Shown piece by piece: positions 54,294 to 64,000 of a stretch of 64,000 nucleotides of DNA. The position numbers were made by a program, and so were the translations under genes. The notes beneath the pieces were generated by a model, which was not told the DNA's origin, searched no databases, and worked only from the letters and a program-made list of their open reading frames with translations. Location: assembly GCA_025201805.1 (NCBI GenBank), contig MU619265.1:215466-279465 (forward strand), read 5' to 3'. The first letter of the stretch is position 1. Each line of letters starts with the position of its first letter. Source of the DNA: Parasitella parasitica NRRL 2501 (taxonomy: Eukaryota > Fungi > Mucoromycota).

Positions 54294-57035
54294 TTAAGCA
54301 ACGTAGCTATACATATCCTTTTGATTCTCGACACGCTCAATGTATTCTTTTTCCTGTAAATTCAAAGCAAAATTAGTATTTTGTACAGTCAAACCAGAAA
54401 CAATATACTTACCAATAAAACATCGATACATTTCTTGATGGCAGGGACACGGGGCTTAAATCGAGATTGTAACTGAGTAATCACTTCTTCTATAAGAGCG
54501 ACATGCTTCATGACTTTGCGAGTCTTCATAATTCTCACAATGGCAGCTTGCATTACAAACATTCTGTCTTCCTCGATAGTTTTATGTGTTTCGTCTGTTT
54601 CTGCCTTTTGCTCCATTTTCATTTGCATGTTGAGGTTGATACGGACTTTCTTGCTTTTGAAGTCGTGGTTCAACACATAACGAGAGCCAGCATCACCGAC
54701 GTTTTCAGCATCACGCAGTAAAAGAACCTTTGCTTTGATGAGGATACCAAGAGCAGGATTCAAGGCATCGGGAGCAAGAGCAGTGCTCTTGTGTAAATCT
54801 TCATAAGTACAGCTATCGGTAGAATTAAATTGAAGTAGGACGCCCATCTGGTAGGCAGAAACCATGAATGTGTAGCCCACCTTGGATGCCTTCAGATAAT
54901 GTGTCTTTAGCTCAGCTTTTGATAGTTGGAAGAGCCAGTTGAGTTTACGGCCAGAATGCTTGTTTTGATAAAATTTCTGGAACCGGTCGTACATTTTGAC
55001 AACATCATCTGGAAGGTTGAAAGATGTGGAAGGGGTAGATAGTGGCCAGGAACCAGCACCAAGGACCAAGATATTGAAATCAGCTATCGCAAGAGACTGT
55101 CAGCCATCCNNNNNNNNNNAAAAAAAAAAAAAAGAAAAGACAAGCTAAACAATATACGAATCTTACCTCCTGAGGGACCTTCTTGGCTTTGAGTGACTAA
55201 ATCCCTGAATTGGTCGTTTAGCTCTTTACTAAGTGACATGTCAGTCAGCATACGCTGAAGCTTAGAAGTGTATTCGAAACCGCACGCCTCCTTTAGTTTT
55301 GAAATCATAGAGCCCTCGGCATCATCAGACGCAGAGGTTCCATTAACTAGACGTTTGGCCAGCATTTTGCTGTAAAACTTCTGGAACACGTCTTTATCCT
55401 CAACATATTTAAATACAGTCATCACGTTGTTTAGCACATCCTCCAGCTCGTCCTCCTCAGGGTTTTTGGCGCTCTTCTTGAGTAGTTGATCACAGAAACG
55501 AGCAAGCAACTCTGGCGATTTGCTTGAAGATCCTTTACATACCTTGTTTCTGTTGACAAACTCACCGCAAGCTTTGTCAAGAGCAGCAACAAATCCAGCT
55601 TCGCCGCTAAAAGCAGTTTGTACCAAATCGTTGTACTTTTTGTGGACTTCCAGCAAAGTATCGACGTAACTCTTGGGATCAATAGGCTCGGATTCGCTTT
55701 GTGAAATACGCTCAATGGCACCAAGACCTGCTTTTTTGACATGGGCTTCGAAGCTGACACGTAGTGGGTTGAGACCGTCAGTGATACGAGCTAAAAGTGA
55801 ATACATGCGGTGAAGATCTAATTGATAGTCGTTTTAACGAACGTAGTAAAAAGTTTGATCTAATGTTGTATATTCACCATCTTGTTTATCAGCATTGAGT
55901 AAACCTTGAAACCCATCCCAGATGCTTTCTTCTTGGTTTTTGACAAGAACAGTTTCACAGATAGGAATCAGCGTCTTTTGGGTGCTGGGATGAAGATACA
56001 TCTGGACACGGCCATCCTCCTCATTCAATCTAGTCTCAGCCTTCTTCATGTAATCCGGAATGCTATTCTCGCTAATAAACTTTTCAGACTCTGTCTTGTA
56101 ATAGACTTCAGTAGCGCTGAGAAATTCCTTTTCGAAGTAATCTTTATAAACATCCAAGTTTGACTTTGATGAATCGTTATGGTCAAGGCCAAGAGAAACT
56201 ATGATGTATGTAAGTTTGATGCCCTTGAGTTTGGTTCCATGTCCAGCCTACCGAATGAATCCACTACGTTCTTGATCAAACCCGTCTCGATGACTTCGCC
56301 ATTTCTTTGTTTGGTGATCAGTTTCAATACAGCAGCAATAACGTTATGATTCACATATTCAAACATGTACTTTTTCCAACTGACAAGGGTCAACTATATT
56401 TAAAAAGTGTTAATTTCACGAGCGATGCGAGTATGCATATAGCAGTATTACGGTAAAGACATCGTAAACATCGCTCTTTCTATCTTCGTCGATTTCACGC
56501 TTGACCCAATAACGGTTAAGATACATGAAAATGTTGTTCACAACACGTGCAGCAGCAGTGTATCTTGTCCATTGTTTGGTGTAGTATTGTAATAAAGATT
56601 CGTCCATATATTGTTCAGATTCCTTTCTAATCTTCTCAAGATGTAGTTTCAAGTAGTTGCTGAGATGTTGGTAGACCTCACCTCCAATCAATGGGGGAGC
56701 AGGAGCAGCTAATAGCCATATTAGTTTGTTGACAATGCAGTCAGACTATCAAGATATTTACGTCTACGGGAATTGGGTCCGCCTGGAGCATGAAGATTAC
56801 TTTGCAAGTTGGAATCACTTCGAGCACAATAATTGTGAACAGCACTAATAAAGAAGAAGCCCATATTGGTAACACGTAACTAGCCTCTTAACTTTTAGTA
56901 ATACCTGTAAAGAATCGAATAGCGAGTACGATCAAGACCTTCCTCGAAACGGCACATGATTTGATCAAGACCTTCTTGTAAAAATGTCCAAGTAGCATTG
57001 AAGTCGTTGCCAGGAGGCAACTGCATTGTAGTCAT
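54294..57035 (-). CDS. CUL1: Cullin-1 (Cdc53)
   Basis: [37 protein letters not shown] and neddylation motif [11 protein letters not shown]; multi-exon. Confidence 0.96.
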
Positions 57036-57389
57036 GGTGTGAATGTATTAAGGTAAAAAAAGATGCAGGCTAAAGGTATATATAATATATCGTGATCGAC
57101 TATTTTTTTTTTTTTTTTTGCTGATAAAAGAAGAGAAAAAACAGTGGTTTGGATACCAGTTTATAGAAGAACAAGGAAAAACAACAGAAAAATGGAAACT
57201 CTTCTAAAATGCTATATTGACAAACCAAGTATACGTCACTTTGAACAGGACATGTCGATCGTGACACTCATTTTCAATCATATATAGCCTTAATCAATGT
57301 CAACATACATCATGAAACAAAGCAAATCTATACAAAGAAGATGCCCTTTTTTCCAATTTATTTTAATGGTAATCACTTGAAAAGAAACA

Positions 57390-58103
57390 CTAGTCTGACT
57401 CGGAAGCAGATCCATCATCCTCGACCTCGTCGTCATTGGCAATTTCTGAATCATCCTAAATTGGGAAGCATTGTCAAGACAGGTTTTGTAGAAAATGAGC
57501 TGTAGACTTACAATTTCAACACTTGCTTCGTTCAATATTTTTAAAATGTCTTTGTGTTTATAATTAACTAGCATGATAGGCGTCAATTTATTGCGATCAG
57601 CAATCCTGTGTATGAGATGAGTATCAGGGTCCGAGCAATTTTTCATAAATTTCAACATACCGAGGATTAGCACCGCCAGCTATCAATAATTCTACCATTG
57701 CAAATGCCATATCAGGATTCTCATCTGCATTTTTTACGGCCATATGAAGAGCGGTTTGTCCTTCTAAGGTATTTTGAATATCGAGGTCAATGTCATCTAC
57801 GTTGACAAGCGTCTCGAGACATCCAATAGAACATTCCTTTGCACTGATGATGTATACGTAAGTTGGCCTATTTGAAAAAACTAAGCAGCTATCCTTACGC
57901 GTAGTGAACAGCTGTATTTCCTGCGCCGTCTCTATAAGAAACATCGCATTGTCCTTCCTCCAACAACTTTTCCAACTCTTCCTCTTGGTCACCTCGGCAA
58001 AAAGCCAACATCAGTTCATCTAATTACTGTGGTCAGATTTTTTCTTATTTTTATTCATTTATTAGCAGCTTTTACTTGGGGAGGCTCCTTGGTCTTCAAT
58101 CAT
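57390..58103 (-). CDS. Small ankyrin-repeat protein (yeast YGL242C-like)
   Basis: MIEDQGASP-ELMLAFCR, DGAGNTAVHY, LEGQTALHMAV and acidic tail DDDEVEDDGSASESD*; multi-exon. Confidence 0.82.
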
Positions 58104-59908
58104 TGTTTTCTTTGGATATCTAGTTGTATTAAGAAAGAAGTACCGTAATTAGCGAGGCAAGCGCACGAGGTTGGGAACCGTATTTCGGATGTATGGTGTG
58201 TTTGAAGGGGATAAAGGAGAAGCTTCGGTGACTTGACTAATTACCACCACATTAGTTGCTCGTGGCTCCATGGTTTAACTTGAACACCTCAAAACACGAG
58301 ACAATACCCAAACATATGGCTGCATCACCACTAATGTGATGTTATTTGTGCCATAACCTCTTATTAAAAGCTTTCCATCTGAGGGAATCTAGACCTCTAA
58401 CATTTTCTCGAATTGTTTTAAGGTTGAGATATACTGAGAAGGCTAGCCAATAGAGCCGATGAATCAGATTACTGATGAAAAAAGTACGTGGTCTAAAGCT
58501 ATCTATGAATTGAGAAAAAATAGAAACACCCAACATCATCTATTGCTAGTAACTTGGCAGAAATTTCGGTATGTATCACACAACAGATTATCAACACGTC
58601 AGAGCTTGTCAATGCAAATAAAAATAACGACTAAAGGTGTTCCATCTGATAAGTCTAGAATGGCTGATCTATGCTTTATCACCATTCCGGCGGAGAATAA
58701 TCAAGAGCTTCATGCAGTTTACAAGACTGATTCATTGACATAATATACCACGTCTTGTCAGTAAGTATTGTCATTTTGCAGTTTTTGAAAAAATGTTAAA
58801 GTAAATGATAAAGGTCATGGTAATTGTGGTGATAAGCCTTTTATTGCTGATAAAAGCCAAGAAGTTCCTGAGAGAAGAGAAATGTCTCTCTAAAAAGATT
58901 TGAAGTGGGGATTTCCATATTTAGAGAAAAAGAGTAATTGCTTTAATTTGTTCCATTCGTAGTGAAAATATTAAGAGAATGTGTTGTGAAATCTGCTATC
59001 TACATCATATCTTTATGTTCAAGGCAGTATTTAAAACGGGTTACGGTTGTCTATTGACAAACATCTGTGATTCTTGGTGTAAGTGTGTCTGTTGACGTTA
59101 GACCAAAAACCTTTAATTTGATTCAGGAACAGAGGGCGAGGTTGAAGATAAACACAATCATGTCCTTGGGATTTTATAAATTTCTATAAAGATAGCTTTT
59201 TAGAAATGGGTACGTTATTTTGGTGGCAGATTGTTTCCTTTTCTCAAGCACTTTCTTATACCTTCAGTTGATCAAGCGTCTTTTAGTGTAGAAGGTCTTG
59301 TCAGTTGCACAATAGAGCAATTAATCAAACCTTTGCCATCTTTTCCATAATATTGGATAGGTTCAAAAGTGTGTGTCTTTTACAAAGCCAGCGTAGATTT
59401 TAGGCGTCTGTTTTTTTTTTTGGTCTACGTGGACTTCAGTGTGTTATTGTCAGAAACAAAGACAAAAACTGTAAGAAAATAATGTTTAGCTTTTTTAACC
59501 ACAAAAACAAGTAATGCAGAGTAATGCATTAGACTATAAGGCACCCTTTGATAACATATTTTTTATAGTTTAGAGCAAGTTTTCGTACTTTCTAAGTTGA
59601 CAACGGATGAAGGTAGCGATGTTTTTGACTTTTTTTCGGAAAAGTATTTTTCAAAATCGGAGCGTGAGATCGTCAGGCCATGTGCGGACATGCAAGTACT
59701 ACCATTAGAAAGCCACGAAGCACACCATTCAAATAAACTAAATTGTAATTGTTTTTCACTAGAATTGGGTAAGCTATGGCTTCTCAAAGCTAGTGCTTTC
59801 TTCAAAAAAACATCATTTTTTTGTGATAGCGGGGATTAAACATGGCCTAAATCTGGAAGAAAAAGATTCTTTCAAAAACTCCATTTGGACATTTCGAAAA
59901 CTAAATTA

Positions 59909-62900
59909 AAGTTTACATTACCTGAAGAACCAAACTTGTTGCCACTCTATGTGCTCAATCTCTATGCGCCTGCAGACTCACCACAGAGTAGAACAGGCTT
60001 TTACAACAAACTTATGGACTATATCAAGTCTCTCGATTCTTATGGGGACATTTTGGAACGTTTGATCTTGGCTGGTGATTTCAACTTCCAGTACGATCTT
60101 CGTCTTCCCGACAATGAACCCCGTAAACGACCGTCCGCATTCGTTGCCTTTACCGACACCTTCCTCCATGATTGCAACAACAACTACAGTGATTTGCTCT
60201 TTGAGACACTTCCCACTTTTCGAAGGGGCAAGGCTATCAAGACACTCGACTACATCATGGTAGGCCGTCAGTTGAAGGATTCATATTTTGACAATGATAT
60301 CGAATACCTTGCGTCGACATGGACCGATCACGCACTACTGACCATCAAAATGCGCCTCCATCTCACCAACACCGGTAAAGGGCTCTGGCGTGCAAACCCC
60401 AACCTGGTCCATTACAAGTCATACGTGAAGAAGATCAACGCTGGTATCAGTCACTTTATGCAGCACATATTAGCCGACTCCACTGATAGTAGCCAGATCA
60501 AGTGGGATCGCTTGAAAGGATATGTACGCAAACTGACCAAGGCCTATTGCAGCAACCGTACTACCTGGAGGAGAGAGCGCCTGAAGCAACTTCAGAGCTC
60601 GCGAAACCAGCTGATAAGGAGACTGAAAGGCGACCAAGAGGCATTACAGCAGCAACTTCCCGCAATTGAGCAGCCCATTGCACATTTGGAGCATGAGATG
60701 GCCCTCAATGCCACGCTGAAGGCTGGTCGCAGGTGGCTAGACCACAACGAGAACTCGGTAGGCTTCCTTCAGAAGACAGCTGAGCGTCGTTTGGCACAAC
60801 GCACGATGGACACAATCACACACCCGACCACCAGTGTACCTTGTTCGTCCACTGCGGATAAGCTGGAAGCAGTGCACGACTATTACAATGTGTTGTATTC
60901 ACCAGAACCGACCCATCGATACTCAATGGATAAGTTGCTGAAAGGCATCCAGACCACGATATCCGTTGATGATGCTGAATACATCATTGCCGCAATTGAC
61001 ATGGAGGACATTCTACAATCTGCCAACCGCTGCCCCAAGGTCAGTAGCCCGGGTAAGGACGGGCTCCCTTATCCTATCCTTCGCCTGATTTTAGCGCACC
61101 CGGCATGCAAGGACCTAGCTATGAAAGTTTATAATGATGCTCTGCAACGAGGCGTGTTCCCACCATCTTGGCAGGAGACCTGTATTGTTCTTCTCCCGAA
61201 GAAAGGCGATTTGTGGAATCTAGCCAACTGGCGCCCTATTTCCTTGATCAACACTGACTGCAAGGTGTTCACCCGCATCTTGAATTCGAGAGTCATAGAC
61301 GCGGCAAACAAGGTCATCACTCGTTACCAAGCTGGTTTCATGCCGACANNNNNNNNNNNNNNNNNNNNNNNNNNNNNNNNNNNNNNNNNNNNNNNNNNNN
61401 NNNNNNNNNNNNNNNNNNNNNNNNNNNNNNNNNNNNNNNNNNNNNNNNNNNNNNNNNNNNNNNNNNNNNNNNNNNNNNNNNNNNNNNNNNNNNNNNNNNN
61501 NNNNNNNNNNNNNNNNNNNNNNNNNNNNNNNNNNNNNNNNNNNNNNNNNNNNNNNNNNNNNNNNNNNNNNNNNNNNNNNNNNNNNNNNNNNNNNNNNNNN
61601 NNNNNNNNNNNNNNNNNNNNNNNNNNNNNNNNNNNNNNNNNNNNNNNNNNNNNNNNNNNNNNNNNNNNNNNNNNNNNNNNNNNNNNNNNNNNNNNNNNNN
61701 NNNNNNNNNNNNNNNNNNNNNNNNNNNNNNNNNNNNNNNNNNNNNNNNNNNNNNNNNNNNNNNNNNNNNNNNNNNNNNNNNNNNNNNNNNNNNNNNNNNN
61801 NNNNNNNNNNNNNNNNNNNNNNNNNNNNNNNNNNNNNNNNNNNNNNNNNNNNNNNNNNNNNNNNNNNNNNNNNNNNNNNNNNNNNNNNNNNNNNNNNNNN
61901 NNNNNNNNNNNNNNNNNNNNNNNNNNNNNNNNNNNNNNNNNNNNNNNNNNNNNNNNNNNNNNNNNNNNNNNNNNNNNNNNNNNNNNNNNNNNNNNNNNNN
62001 NNNNNNNNNNNNNNNNNNNNNNNNNNNNNNNNNNNNNNNNNNNNNNNNNNNNNNNNNNGTGTATGGTCGAGCCAAAATGGCTAATATGATTTTCCTTGCT
62101 CGTTTTTGGCACCTTCTTCGGGTCACCACTCTGTCTCTGGCCTTTGTAAAGAAGATCTCTTCAATGGTTTATCAATTTGTATGCTACAAAATCTTCCCAC
62201 CTCTGAAGAAATCGATTATTTACCTGCCAAAGCATGTCGGTGGTCTCGGCGTCAACGATATCATCGTCCAACAGCACATCCTGCAACAGCGGTATGTTCG
62301 TGCGCTGCTCTTGGATAACCAGGTCCCTCGCCCAATTCCTGCGTTCCTCCTACAGCTGCTCAGCACGTTCATCCAGGCAACGTACGGGGTTGCCCATCAT
62401 CACCTGCCATTGTTGTTCCGCAACATGCGTTACGGTTCGCCGCTGAAAGGCCAACACTGCTTGCTTCCTCTTTTCCGCTCTGTTGACGCCTTCTATGTCG
62501 AAGAATCTTGGGACAACTGCTCCTTGTCGCCGGATACTCTGCTACAAATGCCGTTTCTGGAACTCTGCCACCAGGCCACTACTGATATCAGTTTCCTTGA
62601 CCACAAACTGATTCGTATGAAGCCTGCGCATACCTTCCTAGAGACCAGTCGTCTCCACGATTCGTTGGTTTTCAAGGCACGAGCCAGCTGCCCCAACCCT
62701 GGCCTTTTGACCAAAATCATTGCGGCGGTACGCTCTAGTACTATCAATTTTGTGCCCTCTTTGCCTTGCGTTTACCTGTCTGCTCCCCTTGGCCCTGACT
62801 CCTTATCTGTCACTGATGGAGGTTTTGATCTCTCGCTATACTTCCACCACAAGCTCTTCTACCAAGGTACTACGATTCTGTCCATGTCTAATACCGAGCT

Positions 62901-63432
62901 TCGTGCGATGTATATGCGAAACCATCCTCCAATAACCAACCCCCGGGTGGATGTAAATCGACTCACTGTGGCCTCTTTTCTTGACACGAAAATGCCCAGT
63001 GCAGCTCGTAATCTCTGGTTTCGGTTGATCCACAATAAGGTTTCATCCAAAGTTAATGTGTCTCATATTCTTGGCCTACCAGATGATCTCTGTGAATTCT
63101 GTGGCTATCTTGAAACCACTGCTCATATGCTTTTTACTTGTCCTTCTCATCTGGAAATCTGGTCCAACTACTTCTCCCTGGTCTTTGTGCCCACTGGCGC
63201 TCTTGATATGAGTAAAGTTTATCAAGACGTCATGTCTCTCAATCTCTCCTCGTACCGTCTTCTAGACTCACCTCTCAAGGTGTCCGTCTTTGAAGCAGTT
63301 ACCTGTGTTATCACAGCCATTTGGCGTGCCAAGTGGCGGGCCCATTTTGACAATGCTGATTTTGGCAACCAATCCGTCGTGGATCGTGCCATGATCAACT
63401 TGAGACACATATCGTCTTTAAACTCTTTTTAA
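59909..63432 (+). CDS. LINE ORF2 (APE endonuclease partial, reverse transcriptase, zf-RVT); N-gap 61349-62058
   Basis: APE motifs NLYAP, AGDFN, LDYI and TDH. RT motifs SPGKDG, LLPKKGD, NWRPISLINTDCK and QAGF, plus GGLGV. C-terminal CEFC...H..FTC. The RT catalytic DD falls in the gap. Confidence 0.9.
61349..62058. other. Assembly gap (N run) inside LINE RT
   Basis: N run of 710 nt. Confidence 0.99.
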
Positions 63433-63887
63433 CAATTTTCTTTGCCTTCTCTGGACGGGTCACTTCATATTACACCCGCTCCTTTCAAATATTCAATTCA
63501 ATAATATTTTTTTTATGAGTTTATTTCTTAATAAATCTTCATACTTACAAACAAAAAAAAAACGAAAACTAAATTACTTCTTTAAATCAAGATATCATCC
63601 TCTGATACTATGCATACCACAGCTGTCAGTCTATGATAACAGCTGTATATTTGGGCACGCTACACAATGGTGTTATTTTCATAATGCCCGTATGTTTATA
63701 GAAGGAATTCTATTGAAAAAACTCAAAAACAGATTAAGAGGAAAAAGTCAATATTTTGCTTAATCAGAGCGCATTTTTAGTCTTTCAGATCAAGGATTGG
63801 TCTTTTACGATCATTTTCCTCCAATATATGCCATAGTAAAAAGTTGCATTTTTGATGTCGAAATCGAAGATAATGCATAATCAATAA

Positions 63888-64000
63888 TTTTTTTTTTTTT
63901 TTTTGTTTGTAAGTATGAAGATTTATTAAGAAATAAACTCATAAAAAAAATATTATTGAATTGAATATTTGAAAGGAGCGGGTGTAATATGAAGTGACCC
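63888..64000 (-). mobile_element. 3' end of a second LINE copy (opposite orientation, runs off window)
   Basis: 63905-64000 is the exact reverse complement of 63457-63552 (96 nt); poly(T) at 63888-63904. Confidence 0.93.

Larger units (their letters stand above)
59909..63562 (+). mobile_element. 5'-truncated L1/Tx1-clade non-LTR retrotransposon with poly(A) and 14-bp TSD
   Basis: TSD CGAAAACTAAATTA at 59895-59908 and 63563-63576. Poly(A) 63553-63562; AATAAA 63530-63535. GC content is higher than in the flanks. Confidence 0.93.

Noticed and set aside
44316-57035. Apparent ubiquitin-system cluster (RING, F-box, Atg3, cullin-1)
   Set aside because: These are large, common gene families interspersed with unrelated genes; no evidence of co-regulation

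Overview
Eukaryotic, intron-rich, AT-rich fungal DNA; the gene set, short GT-AG introns and malA-type malic enzyme point to Mucorales (inference). There are about 17 host genes: Lrg1/Rga1-type RhoGAP (5'-partial), divergent Nup170/155-like, PP4R3/PSY2, an orphan protein with a ~320-aa internal duplication, a PP1-docking mini-protein, Kelch-BTB, Cla4-type PAK, aspartic protease, low-complexity membrane protein, class I PDE, malic enzyme, RING-H2 ligase ending in MEEVD, RGS, F-box, phosphoglucomutase, Atg3, cullin-1 and a small ankyrin protein. An amino-acid transporter is a pseudogene. The main highlight is a spliced ~1,200-codon Fanzor1/TnpB-like RuvC nuclease gene (6758->3053, minus) with an intact D/E/D triad and Zn finger. 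It is flanked on both sides by densely base-paired non-coding blocks (about 2090-2665 and 6841-6990) whose G.U wobbles favour the plus strand, antisense or divergent to the nuclease. These are candidate guide (omega) RNAs in an unusual layout. The window ends with a 5'-truncated L1/Tx1-like LINE with a perfect 14-bp TSD, tail-to-tail with a second copy of identical 3' sequence. All folding was done by eye and no database searches were run.
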